Source of the DNA: Verrucomicrobiota bacterium
GTDB taxonomy: Bacteria; Verrucomicrobiota; Verrucomicrobiia; Limisphaerales; AAA164-E04
Reading direction: 5' to 3'
Length of the DNA: 64,000 nt
Assembly: GCA_047947115.1 (NCBI GenBank)
Contig: CP170459.1
Location: forward strand, 256,001 to 320,000
The translations under genes and the position numbers were made by a program. How positions within the stretch are numbered: position 1 is the stretch's first letter; every line of letters begins with the position of its first letter. Below, piece after piece: positions 19,410 to 28,838 of this stretch. Below the pieces are notes generated by a model. The model was given only the letters and a program-made list of their open reading frames with translations, did no database searches and was not told the DNA's origin.

Positions 19410-20498
19410 GGAACTGCTTCGCTCGGCGAGCCATTCGCATACGGCTGGCCAGGTTTCACGCTGAGCTTTACCTCCGACAGCAAGGCCGATGTGACCCGCC
19501 GGGACCAGCATGGTTTTGCGGTCATTGGATCCTACGAGATCGTTCAGAGCCAGTGATTGGGAACACGGCACCAGATCATCCCCTTTTGCGACAATGTTCA
19601 GCAAAGGACAGGTCACGTCCTTCAATCGGACCCGCTGATTGCGGACGTGAAGTTCGTCTTTAACCAATTGATTTTTCTGGTAGAGCGATTTGACGAATTC
19701 GCGAAAAATTTCGCCTGGCACAGATATGTTATCGTTCAACCAGGTTTCCATCGTCAGGAAATCTTCTACGAATTTGTCATTGTGGACGTTCTCCATGAAG
19801 TTGAGTGGTTTCTCGACCAGGTTTCCCACCGGCTTCAACATGAGAAAGCTGGACTGCAAAAATTCAGCAGGACAATTTCCGAAGGTATCCACGAACTCAT
19901 CCACATCAAAATAGTTCGGATCCGCCCACAGGTTGAGCAGGCCTTCCCTTGTTGAAAAATCGATACCTGCCGCCATCAGCATGAGGTTTGCCACCCGTTC
20001 GCGATGCAGTGCTGTATAGATCGTGCTCATGGTGCCCCCCATGCAGTAACCTAAAATGCTGGCCTTTGAACTCCCGGCGCGTTCGCAAACAAAATCCACC
20101 AAACCGTCCATGTAACGATTGATGTAGTCATCCAAACCCAGGTATCGATCTGCCAATGTCGGACTGCCCCAATCAATGAGATAGGTATCAAACCCGGCAT
20201 CCACAAAATGTCGAATCACGCTCCGTCCTTCCTTCAGGTCCAGAATATAAGGACGGTTCACCAAAGCAAATACCACCAGCAAAGGTGTCTTGTGTTTGAC
20301 GGGTTTGTTGGACGGATAATGGAGCAGCTTGATGTGATCCACACGGTGAACCACTTCAGAAGGTGTGGCGCCTTTGGTTACTTTGCGGGCCTTTTCAGCA
20401 ATCAGGGGCAAGCGCGACCATCGTTTCATCTGGGTCATTCCTTCTTCAGCAAAAGCAGCCTGCCACTTGAGCCAGGGATTTTCGATCGTTGTCTCCAT
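19404..20498 (-). CDS. phaC: Class III poly(R)-hydroxyalkanoate synthase subunit PhaC
   Basis: 364 aa; TPSEVV, ALVNRPYILDL, IDWG, lipase box GYCMGG, catalytic Asp (GDDLV) and His (GHIGL). Confidence 0.92.
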   Translation of the reverse strand: METTIENPWLKWQAAFAEEGMTQMKRWSRLPLIAEKARKVTKGATPSEVVHRVDHIKLLHYPSNKPVKHKTPLLVVFALVNRPYILDLKEGRSVIRHFVDAGFDTYLIDWGSPTLADRYLGLDDYINRYMDGLVDFVCERAGSSKASILGYCMGGTMSTIYTALHRERVANLMLMAAGIDFSTREGLLNLWADPNYFDVDEFVDTFGNCPAEFLQSSFLMLKPVGNLVEKPLNFMENVHNDKFVEDFLTMETWLNDNISVPGEIFREFVKSLYQKNQLVKDELHVRNQRVRLKDVTCPLLNIVAKGDDLVPCSQSLALNDLVGSNDRKTMLVPAGHIGLAVGGKAQRETWPAVCEWLAERSSSK

Positions 20499-20539
20499 GA
20501 TTCAAAACTTTCGGATAGTGGTTTTAGCGCTGACGTAAA

Positions 20540-21061
20540 CTACCGGGACCTTTTACTGCTCGCCGTCTTCTTTTTGGTTACCACCTTTTTCTTGGCCACG
20601 GCTTTTGCACTACGAGCTGCCGCTTTCTTGGCGGACTTCGGTTTAGGGGGCGAAGTTTTGGGATTCAGCTCATCCAGCCGTTCCTCCAAACGGTCCAGAC
20701 GCGCATGCACATTGGCTTCCATGCGCCCGACAGCAGCCATCAATGCGCGCAGATCTTCTTTGGAAGTTCCCTGCATTTCATCGTGGGCTTTGACGAGAAA
20801 CTCGTTGGTCATTTTCTTGAAAGCAATGGCGCTGTCCATGGTTTGTTTCATGGAACTCAGAAATTCCGGCGAACGCATGAATTCCTCCCAAGTTTTCCCC
20901 AGAGCCTGAAACATGCTGCTGCGCATTTGGCGCATGAACTCAGGTGGGGCCGAATCCGGGGAAAATTGAAAAGCACCCTGTGTCATTTTGGAAAAAGTAT
21001 CCGACCAAATCTTTTGAAAAGCTGCGGCCTGTTCCCAAGGTGTATCTTTACCATCACTCAT
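20540..21061 (-). CDS. PhaE-like subunit with a Lys/Ala-rich C-terminal tail
   Basis: Directly upstream of class III phaC; W-EFMRSPEF segment and C-terminal coiled coil RLDRLEERLDEL as in PhaE; tail KSAKKAAARSAKAVAKKK. Confidence 0.6.
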   Translation of the reverse strand: MSDGKDTPWEQAAAFQKIWSDTFSKMTQGAFQFSPDSAPPEFMRQMRSSMFQALGKTWEEFMRSPEFLSSMKQTMDSAIAFKKMTNEFLVKAHDEMQGTSKEDLRALMAAVGRMEANVHARLDRLEERLDELNPKTSPPKPKSAKKAAARSAKAVAKKKVVTKKKTASSKRSR

Positions 21062-21101
21062 ATTCTTCTCCAGGTTCCAGTATTGTTTAGAAAGCGCCTC
21101 C

Positions 21102-22286
21102 TCAGGACACCACCCGCTCCACCATCATGGCAACAGCTTCGCCTCCACCGATGCAGAGCGTATCCACCCCGATGGCCCCATTGGTTTGATTTAAAGCATT
21201 CAGCAAGGTAACCAAAGTGCGAGCTCCACTTGCGCCGATGGGATGCCCCAAGGACACAGCACCCCCAAGGATGTTGACTTTATCTTCGGGAAGTTCCAGG
21301 TCCTTGATGGCTGCCATGGCCACTACGGCGAAGGCCTCGTTCACTTCAAAAACATCCACCTCCGAAACTGACTTGCCTGTCATGTCCAGCAACTTCCGAA
21401 CTGCGTGAATCGGAGCCAATGTAAACCATTCGGGTTCAATTGATGCGGTAGCATAACCCAATATACGCGCCTGAATCTTCAATCCAACCGCGTGAGCGAC
21501 TTCCTCTGAACAAACCACCACCGCCGCTGCGCCATCATTGATGCTCGAAGCGTTCCCGGCCGTCACCGTGCCGTCCTTACCAAAAGCGGCGCGCAAGCTT
21601 CGCAGTTTCTCTTCATTGAAGACGGCAGGTCCTTCATCGACCTCAACCATGACCGATCCCTTTCGGGATTTCACCTCAACCGGCACGATTTCATTTTTGA
21701 AGACACCTTCCTCTGCAGCCTTCCGAGCCCTCTGGAAACTGCGCACCGCATAGTTGTCCTGATCCTCACGTGTAAACGCATACTTCTCGGCACATTGATC
21801 TCCACACATCCCCATGTGCTTGTCATGATAAACATCCCATAAACCGTCACGAATCACCGAATCAACCAATTGACCATGCCCCAACCGGTAACCCGAACGC
21901 GCTTTATCCAACAAATAGGGAGCCATTGACATATTCTCAGCCCCTCCGGCGACGATGAGGTCGGCGTCCCCGCACCGGATAGCCTGCGCCGCCAGCATCA
22001 CCGATTTCAAACCGGATCCACACACCTTGTTGATCGTGGTTCCTCCCACGTTCACGCCAAACCCGGCTTTCATCGCCACTTGACGTGCCATGTTCTGCCC
22101 CTGGCCTGCGCTCAGGACATTGCCAAATATCACTTCATCAACATCTGATGGCGATGCACCTGCTCTTTCCAGAGCATTCCGGGCAACCAACGCCCCTAGT
22201 TCACTCGCTGCCACAGTGGATAAGGAACCGGAAAAAGAACCGATGGGGGTGCGACAAGCTCCGCACAAAACGATGGATTTCATCAT
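21102..22286 (-). CDS. phaA: Acetyl-CoA C-acetyltransferase (thiolase)
   Basis: RTPIG, NKVCGSG (catalytic Cys), NEAFA, GHPIGASG, CIGGG; located inside the pha cluster. Confidence 0.9.
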   Translation of the reverse strand: MMKSIVLCGACRTPIGSFSGSLSTVAASELGALVARNALERAGASPSDVDEVIFGNVLSAGQGQNMARQVAMKAGFGVNVGGTTINKVCGSGLKSVMLAAQAIRCGDADLIVAGGAENMSMAPYLLDKARSGYRLGHGQLVDSVIRDGLWDVYHDKHMGMCGDQCAEKYAFTREDQDNYAVRSFQRARKAAEEGVFKNEIVPVEVKSRKGSVMVEVDEGPAVFNEEKLRSLRAAFGKDGTVTAGNASSINDGAAAVVVCSEEVAHAVGLKIQARILGYATASIEPEWFTLAPIHAVRKLLDMTGKSVSEVDVFEVNEAFAVVAMAAIKDLELPEDKVNILGGAVSLGHPIGASGARTLVTLLNALNQTNGAIGVDTLCIGGGEAVAMMVERVVS

Positions 22287-22355
22287 GGACCTGACTGGAT
22301 AGAGGTTCAACTGGTATTAAAAACACGCAACAATTATTACGAACTCGCGCATACG

Positions 22356-22808
22356 TTATTTGACACCAACCGCACTTGGCATGTTTTCAGTCCATTTCAT
22401 CCAGGATTCGATCATCTGGTTATTTGCTTTGGTAAGCGATTTGATTTGTTCCTGCACAAAATCGACAGAATCCTTCATGAGAGTGTTGATTTTCTTTTGT
22501 GCTTCGGTGGGATCTTTTGCAGATGCAACATCCAAGGATTGTCGCATCATTTCCAAACCTTTTTGGGCGTTTGCATCCAGCGTTTTCAAGGTGTCATCAA
22601 ACTGTTTCTGAGCGGTTGGAACCGTATCTTTAAGTACTTTTTCCATCCCCTCAGTGACACCGGCGGCGTCCAGTTTTTGATGAACGAAATCAGTGACCAT
22701 TCGAGTGGCATCTTCTTGCCATTTAAGGCTCATTTTGAAAGCTTGATCGTAATTTTTGAGGGCTTGATCGAAGTATTCCGTTCCGGATTGTTTGGCTTTT
22801 GCAGTCAT
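22356..22808 (-). CDS. Putative phasin (PHA granule-associated protein)
   Basis: 150 aa, amphipathic all-helical pattern rich in Q/K/A/E; lies between phaR and phaA; function inferred from context. Confidence 0.55.
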   Translation of the reverse strand: MTAKAKQSGTEYFDQALKNYDQAFKMSLKWQEDATRMVTDFVHQKLDAAGVTEGMEKVLKDTVPTAQKQFDDTLKTLDANAQKGLEMMRQSLDVASAKDPTEAQKKINTLMKDSVDFVQEQIKSLTKANNQMIESWMKWTENMPSAVGVK

Positions 22809-22881
22809 AGGATTGTTTCTCTCTGAGTTGATGTTATCGAACCACCCAGGCCCTCTCCCTTCCCGGGACTTTCTACCGTCA

Positions 22882-22931
22882 AACGTCCACCAAAACCACA
22901 TCAATGTCAAGTATGTGTTTTTGCGTTTGCA
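22882..22931 (-). promoter_or_regulatory. Putative phasin-operon promoter with an upstream TGC-N4-GCA site
   Basis: Minus strand TTGACA (22910-22905)-N17-GACGTT; TGCGTTTGCA at 22922-22931. Confidence 0.45.
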
Positions 22932-22951
22932 CAATTATTCTGTCCATTGCT

Positions 22952-23503
22952 TTACTTCCTGGACTTCCGTTCCTTGCTGTCCACTTTACCCTGAAGAGCT
23001 TCCACCTGCTTCTGTAGTGCCTCGAGCTGACTTTTCCACATATCGTTCATACCGCCACCGAAGCCCACTCCCATATTCATACCAGGCATGCCGCTTGCGC
23101 CCCATGGAAAACCTTGCTGAAAAAAAGGTGTGCCCGCCATGCCGGAGGCCGTTTTCATCCATTGATCGTAGTATTGTGAAAAAGCCGCCATCGGAGTTTG
23201 TATCTGACTCTTAATAAACTCACTGACCATCTTATCATTAAATCGAATCATCTGAACCAGCAGCTCCACCGGAAACACACCTAGTTTTTCCGCCTCATGT
23301 TCCAGGATAATTTGAGTGAGGACGCGGGCAGTGATATCTGTCGATGTTTTTGAGTCAACGACTCTCACAGATTGGCCACCACGGACCATGTCCCGAATGG
23401 CTTCCAAGGTCACATGGCAACTGTGTGTGGAATCGTAATAGCGGCGGTTGGGATACTTGCGGATTTCGACAGTCTCTTCTTGTTTTGAGTTTGCTGCACT
23501 CAT
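22952..23503 (-). CDS. phaR: PHA synthesis repressor PhaR
   Basis: N-terminal IRKYPNRRYYDS--S-HVTL...V-VVDSKT--DIT--VL-QIILE, the PhaR DNA-binding domain signature. Confidence 0.88.
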   Translation of the reverse strand: MSAANSKQEETVEIRKYPNRRYYDSTHSCHVTLEAIRDMVRGGQSVRVVDSKTSTDITARVLTQIILEHEAEKLGVFPVELLVQMIRFNDKMVSEFIKSQIQTPMAAFSQYYDQWMKTASGMAGTPFFQQGFPWGASGMPGMNMGVGFGGGMNDMWKSQLEALQKQVEALQGKVDSKERKSRK

Positions 23504-23608
23504 GCAAAAATAATGCACTCACGCAAAAAGAAATGCAAAAAGAAACATTTCACACGTGCCAACGCCGTATTTACCCCCATTTAGCACCAATCCAACGCAT
23601 CTTCGTTT

Positions 23609-23656
23609 TGCATACGCACAAATTTATTTGACACCGATCAGGCTCTCTCTTAGGTT
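23609..23656 (+). promoter_or_regulatory. Sigma70-type promoter for the SDR gene with an upstream TGC-N4-GCA site
   Basis: TGCATACGCA 23609-23618; TTGACA 23628-23633, 17-nt spacer, TAGGTT 23651-23656. Confidence 0.6.
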
Positions 23657-23773
23657 GGAAACACGGAACCAGCATGAACACTTCACTCACAAGGACCGGG
23701 CCTTTTACCACCCTAGCAGCTGACCCGGTGATGCATTCTTTCTGTCCAACTCAAATTCAACTTCAATGAAAAG

Positions 23774-24589
23774 ATGAATATACAAGATAAAGTCGGTGTA
23801 ATCACGGGCGCGGCCAGCGGTATTGGCCGGGCGTTAGCGGAAGAATTGGCGAACCGCGGTGCAAAAGCGGTCGGCATGGTCGACCAGAGCGATCAGGTTG
23901 AATCCGTCGCCAGGGAGCTGAATGATAAGGCTGGCAGGGAGATGGCCATTCCCTTTCAGGGCGATGTTTCCGATGAACATTTTCGACAGGAAGTGTTTCG
24001 CGAATTAAGAGCCAACCACGGGGTTGTTTCCATGTGTGTGCCGGCGGCAGGTATCACCCGGGATCGACTGGCAGTCAAATCAAACAAAGAAACAAAGGAG
24101 ATCGAGATCTATCCTTCCTACTTGTTTCGACAAGTGACCGAAATCAACCTGATCGCCCCCATTTACTGGGCGCTTGAGATGGTCGCGCAAATTGCTACCG
24201 ATCGAAAGGAACGTGGATTGAAGCGATGGGATCCCAGTGAAGGCATGCAGGGGGTTGTTGTCTTTATCGGTTCGGTTTCCTCATTGGGGAATAAAGGTCA
24301 GATCGCTTACGCGGCCACCAAGGCTGGTCTGGAAGGCGCCGCATCGACCATCATGAAGGAATCCATCTTCCATGGGGTGAGATCCGGGGTCATTCACCCC
24401 GGCTACACCAACACACCCATGGTACGCGCTTTGGGTGAGGATTTCATCAATGAGCATATCATCCCGCAGACTCAACTGCGTCGATTGATTGAACCCGCCG
24501 AAATCGCGGATGCCATCTGTTTCATGATCAACAACGTTGCCGTGAGCGGCTCCCTGTGGGCTGACGCCGGCTGGCATCCGATGGCCTGA
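23774..24589 (+). CDS. SDR oxidoreductase, probable acetoacetyl-CoA reductase (PhaB role)
   Basis: TGAASGIG, AGITRD, S...YAATK catalytic motif, PGY--T-M; divergent from phaR. Confidence 0.7.
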   Translation: MNIQDKVGVITGAASGIGRALAEELANRGAKAVGMVDQSDQVESVARELNDKAGREMAIPFQGDVSDEHFRQEVFRELRANHGVVSMCVPAAGITRDRLAVKSNKETKEIEIYPSYLFRQVTEINLIAPIYWALEMVAQIATDRKERGLKRWDPSEGMQGVVVFIGSVSSLGNKGQIAYAATKAGLEGAASTIMKESIFHGVRSGVIHPGYTNTPMVRALGEDFINEHIIPQTQLRRLIEPAEIADAICFMINNVAVSGSLWADAGWHPMA

Positions 24590-24592
24590 GGG

Positions 24593-25516
24593 TTATCGAA
24601 ATTGCCCGAGGAGGATCACTCCGAGCACGGCAATCAATCCGCCTGCGATGGATCGCCTGGTGGGGCGGTCCCCTTCCATCCAGGCGGATAATGGAATCAC
24701 CATCAAAGGTGTGGTCGCCACTACAGGCAGCACCAGTCCGCTTGGAGTGCTTTCCAAGGCCCATTGATAACACCCAACACCCAGACTGGGCCCGGCCAGA
24801 GCGGTCCCAACAATCCACGGGGCTGCTTTCCGGAGCGAGGGTCGGTCGTTTTCTGCTTTAGTGCTTGCAGCCAGGACAGATTTGCCGGCAGGCTTGCGTA
24901 GCCATCGCACCACACATACAGCGATCCAAGCAAGCAGAAGCCCTCCCAGAATGCGTTGATAGGCGGCTGTTAGACCATCAATTGCCAACCCTTCTTTGGC
25001 GTTGATATCGTAGGCCAACCGGCTCATGGCGGCCCCAATCCCCTGCCCTAGAGCCGCAATGATTCCGTAGATCACACCCGTTAAATTGAAGGAAGTCGCC
25101 GATGCTTCCTTGCGTTCGGGAAGCAGGGCCACCACCACCCCGAGCAAGATACAGGCAATGCAAGCCATCTGGGGCAGCGTTAAAACCGTCTGGATCCACA
25201 GCCATTCCGCAAAAGCGGCTGAAGGAGCGGCCACACAATGAACCAGCAGCAAGGTCAATCTTGATCCCAAACGGGGGAGTGCCTGATACAAGGCGAGGTC
25301 TCCGACACCGAAGCCAACCACGCCGCTCCAGAAAAACATGGCAAACCCCTGCCCCTGCAAACCTTGGGCAAAAAGGTGCGACCAGATGGCCAGCAACGCA
25401 GTTGCCAACAACAACCTCCAGAAATTAGCAGAAATCCCCCCGACAATGCGCGTCGCTTGGGTGGCAGACACAGCGGAGAGGCAGAAGAGAAAAGTCGCCA
25501 AGAGGGCCGGAATCAT
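24593..25516 (-). CDS. DMT/EamA-family transporter
   Basis: About 10 TM segments in two repeats; start moved to ATG 25516 because the longer ORF overlaps the tRNA. Confidence 0.85.
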   Translation of the reverse strand: MIPALLATFLFCLSAVSATQATRIVGGISANFWRLLLATALLAIWSHLFAQGLQGQGFAMFFWSGVVGFGVGDLALYQALPRLGSRLTLLLVHCVAAPSAAFAEWLWIQTVLTLPQMACIACILLGVVVALLPERKEASATSFNLTGVIYGIIAALGQGIGAAMSRLAYDINAKEGLAIDGLTAAYQRILGGLLLAWIAVCVVRWLRKPAGKSVLAASTKAENDRPSLRKAAPWIVGTALAGPSLGVGCYQWALESTPSGLVLPVVATTPLMVIPLSAWMEGDRPTRRSIAGGLIAVLGVILLGQFR

Positions 25517-25571
25517 ACTGAAAAGTGGATAAACAAAAAGAGGCCGGTTGAACCCGGCCGCAATTGATACG

Positions 25572-25645
25572 TGGCTGTCCGGCAAGGATTCGAACCTTGA
25601 CCAAAGCCTCCAAAGGGCCTTGTGCTACCATTACACCACCAGACA
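25572..25645 (-). tRNA. tRNA-Gln (anticodon UUG)
   Basis: TGTCTGGTGGTGTAATGGTAGCACAAGGCCCTTTGGAGGCTTTGGTCAAGGTTCGAATCCTTGCCGGACAGCCA: cloverleaf, anticodon loop CT-TTG-GA, T-loop GTTCGAATC, encoded CCA. Confidence 0.97.
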
Positions 25646-25719
25646 AGCCGGTGGGTACATTAACCATGAAACAGAAAGGCGCAACAAAATTTGTGCCTGA
25701 AACTCATAAAAATCTCCAT

Positions 25720-26277
25720 TCAAACGATTCCACGAGCCTCCTTCCGTAACATTTTACCCGCAGCACGACTGTATGGATGTACTTTTTTGCAGGGTGCTCC
25801 ACCTTTCGAGAGCGGATACCCGGCATTGGCCCATGCAAAGATGGACCCTTCCAAATTAAACACTTCAGCGCCTACTGATCCCGAAAGACGGGCGGCAAGT
25901 TGCGAAGATCGATACCCGACAGAACAGTAAACAACCACCGTTGATGCGTTGCCGATGATGTTTCCAAACTCCCCGGCGCCCATGTTCGGATCGACCTGAA
26001 CGGCTCCTGGCAAGTGACTGAACAAATATTCGTCCTTCGACCGGACATCGAGAAGCAAGGGATTGTTACGGTTCGCATCGCTGAACCAGTCAATCAAATC
26101 ATCCGGATGGATTTGTGGAACATCCGGAAACCGGAATCTCACCGTTTTCTGTATCGCCTTCAGTGCAACGTTTCCGCCCCGATCAAACAAAAGTGAAAAC
26201 ATCGCAAACATCCCATAGGACCATGCAATAGCAAGGAAGGCTGATTTCCGAAAAGCTTTACTGACTCCCATATACAA
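25720..26277 (-). CDS. Rhodanese-like domain protein
   Basis: LLDVR--EY--SHLPGA, VVYCSVGYRS, NLEGSIFAWAN. Confidence 0.88.
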   Translation of the reverse strand: MYMGVSKAFRKSAFLAIAWSYGMFAMFSLLFDRGGNVALKAIQKTVRFRFPDVPQIHPDDLIDWFSDANRNNPLLLDVRSKDEYLFSHLPGAVQVDPNMGAGEFGNIIGNASTVVVYCSVGYRSSQLAARLSGSVGAEVFNLEGSIFAWANAGYPLSKGGAPCKKVHPYSRAAGKMLRKEARGIV

Positions 26278-26556
26278 AATGAGCTGAATTCTGTATCACC
26301 GACCACCAAAAATCAACCGAACATCTCCCGGCTTGGCAACCTGCCCCGCGCCTTCCATAGGGTTAGATTCTTGTTGCTTAAATCACAAAACCTGATCTAA
26401 TACCATCATTCCAATTGACGAAATGGCTGTGCAGGGCTGAGTGTGGATAACTGTATCCTTACAACAATTCACATACAAACCACGTTCTGCGGCCCCTGCC
26501 GGAGAGCCGGTCCAACCCATTGGGATAAATGAAAAGCAACAACATAAAAGGGACAT

Positions 26557-28628
26557 ATGAAAAGCACCGTTTTTTCTTCCTCAAACCGTTCATTATCTCA
26601 TTGGAGATTCAATGCTTCGCTGCTCATCGGCTTACTGGCCTTGAGTCAAGTGCAGGGACAGGAAATCCTTTTTCAGGAAACATTCGAAACAGATGGAGAT
26701 GGCTCCCGGTATACCATCGAAGGCGGTGATGTATTCGAGGTGGATCGCATCCAATCTGAACTTGGAATCTTGGACCAACAAGGTCCCATCTATTGGTCGC
26801 GAAACACCGACGTTTCTTTTGTCGGAGTCCCCGCCCCCACCCCCGAAAAACGAGGCATTCTGGCTTACCACCACACCATCGCCGCAGATGATGTCACGGA
26901 GGATTTTCTTTCCTTTTTTGATGGCATTGTTGATTGGATGACTGGAGGCAAAAGCAACGCCACCATACTTTTCTCCCCCCTCCTGCTGGCGATGGGGATT
27001 TCGTTCTGGTAGAGCGATTGGAATCCAAAGGGCACACCGTTCTGGAAGATGACGAAGGAGGGGATTTGCCCAGTCCATCCGAGATTGACGCTGTGATAAA
27101 AAGCAGCAGTGGTGGAACGAACCCGAGCCGATTTGCGATCTACGAAGTGCCCTTATTGACCTTCGGGGCACCAGACCACGATGACATGCTGGTATCCAGT
27201 ATCGGCCAAACCATCACCACTGATATTGGCCCTGTGACCTTCCATAACACCGGCCATCCAACGGCCGGTGACATGACTGGGGAAAAAACATTTATCAACA
27301 ACTCCAACCAGTTTGATTTGGCCGGCGAAATCTTTCCCGGCAATGCCACGGTAGTCGCCAGCTTTACGCGAACCATTGCGGCGAGTGTGGACAGCATTGA
27401 GGAGGCACAACAAGTCATCAATGGTGAGATCAAAAACCGGAAATCCACCGGCACCCTACCGGAAGCCGATATCGTGGCTGCCGGTAACGCGGCAAGCGGC
27501 GGTATATTCAGTGGCGATTTTGCGGCTCCCGGAAATCCTGCCGGTGGATTCGTCACAGTCGCTAAAGGACAAATACGGATCGGATCGGCCGACACCATCT
27601 CCGTTGCTCTGGGAGCGGATGATGGCGGTTACGTTCGCATTGATCTGGATGGCAACGGTATTTCGGCAGATGATCAGGTGCTGACTTTGGACGGAACGGG
27701 AGCGTTCCGTTATACAACAGCGGATGTTGATTTCCCGGCGGGGACTTTTGATTTCGAATGGGTGGCTTACAACTCCAGTGGAGCTTTTGGCAGCGAGTTT
27801 CTGACCGCTTTTTCCGCTGGTGGAGGCACTCCGACCACCATCGATGATTTCGAATGGGAACCGGTCAGCGATATCAGTGGCGCCATCACATTGGTGGGCG
27901 ACATTGATGTCACCACCTACGCGATGGATGTTCCTCCCGAACAGGAAACAGTGCCTTTCTTCATCGCACTGGAAGCTCCGGAAGATGGGGGTTCGGTGTT
28001 TGGCGGCGGACCGTTTGCCGGATTTGAGGGGAACGCCTTCTTTGCCGGATCAGGATTGAACAAATTCGATGCGGGTGTTTTGCCCAAAACCATCACTTGG
28101 AACGCCCCCATCAACGTAGCCGGCAAGGAAAACCTGAACCTTACGATTGCTGCAGCGGCCACCTTTCTGGATTTCGAAACATCCGATTTCCTGAGGGTAT
28201 ACATTGACGACGGAAACCCCTTGATCGATTTCACAGCTCCAAGTGGAAACGACAAATACTTCAATGATCAGGGCACCAATGGAGAAAACCCTACGAGATT
28301 GAACCTCAACTTTCAGGACATCACCTATCCGATTCCTGCGGGCACCTCCACCATTAATCTTAGGATTGAATCCACCACCACCTGGTGGAACGAAATAGTT
28401 GGAATCGACAAGATCCGCATCACATCAGGTGAACTGCAAACTGTCGAGCCTACCGTCAGCATCGCCCGTGAGGGGGATAATATCGTGGTAAGCTGGACCG
28501 GCATTCTACAATCTGCGGCAGACATCAACGGACCTTGGGTGGATGTTGCGGACGACACCAACAGCCCAATTGTCATTGCACCTGACGACCAGTTGCCCAT
28601 GCAATTTGGCCGGGCCGTGGCACCCTGA
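26557..28628 (+). pseudogene. Large acidic secreted beta-rich protein (PA14-like segment, verrucomicrobial-type C-terminal domain) split by a frameshift in a C6 run at 26975-26980
   Basis: ORF 26557-27012 has a signal peptide and coherent sequence up to ILFSP; ORF 26934-28628 continues PPAGDGD in another frame; adding one C joins them; C-terminus VSWTGILQSA-DINGPW-DV...SP...FGRA. Confidence 0.75.
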
Positions 28629-28838
28629 CCATCATTGAATCAGATTTTCTTGTCGAAAGACAGGATTTGGCGGGTCTCGGGAAACAAATGTAACCGTGTG
28701 TGTTTTCCCGGGGCCCGTTGTTTTTTGACATCAATTTGCTTGCCTGCGCATGGTCATCGGAGGCTTGATTGGGGATCGGAGAACGAAGCAAAAGTTGAAC
28801 AAAAACTGGTTTCTTAAGAATACGCACAACGAAAAGCC

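Noticed and set aside
26386..26445. TPP riboswitch (AACCTGATC...AATACC and GCTGAG present)
   Set aside because: The motifs are in the wrong order (GCTGAG must precede CCTGAT), the AGCGTAGGGA-like 3' element is absent, and the downstream gene is not thiamine-related.
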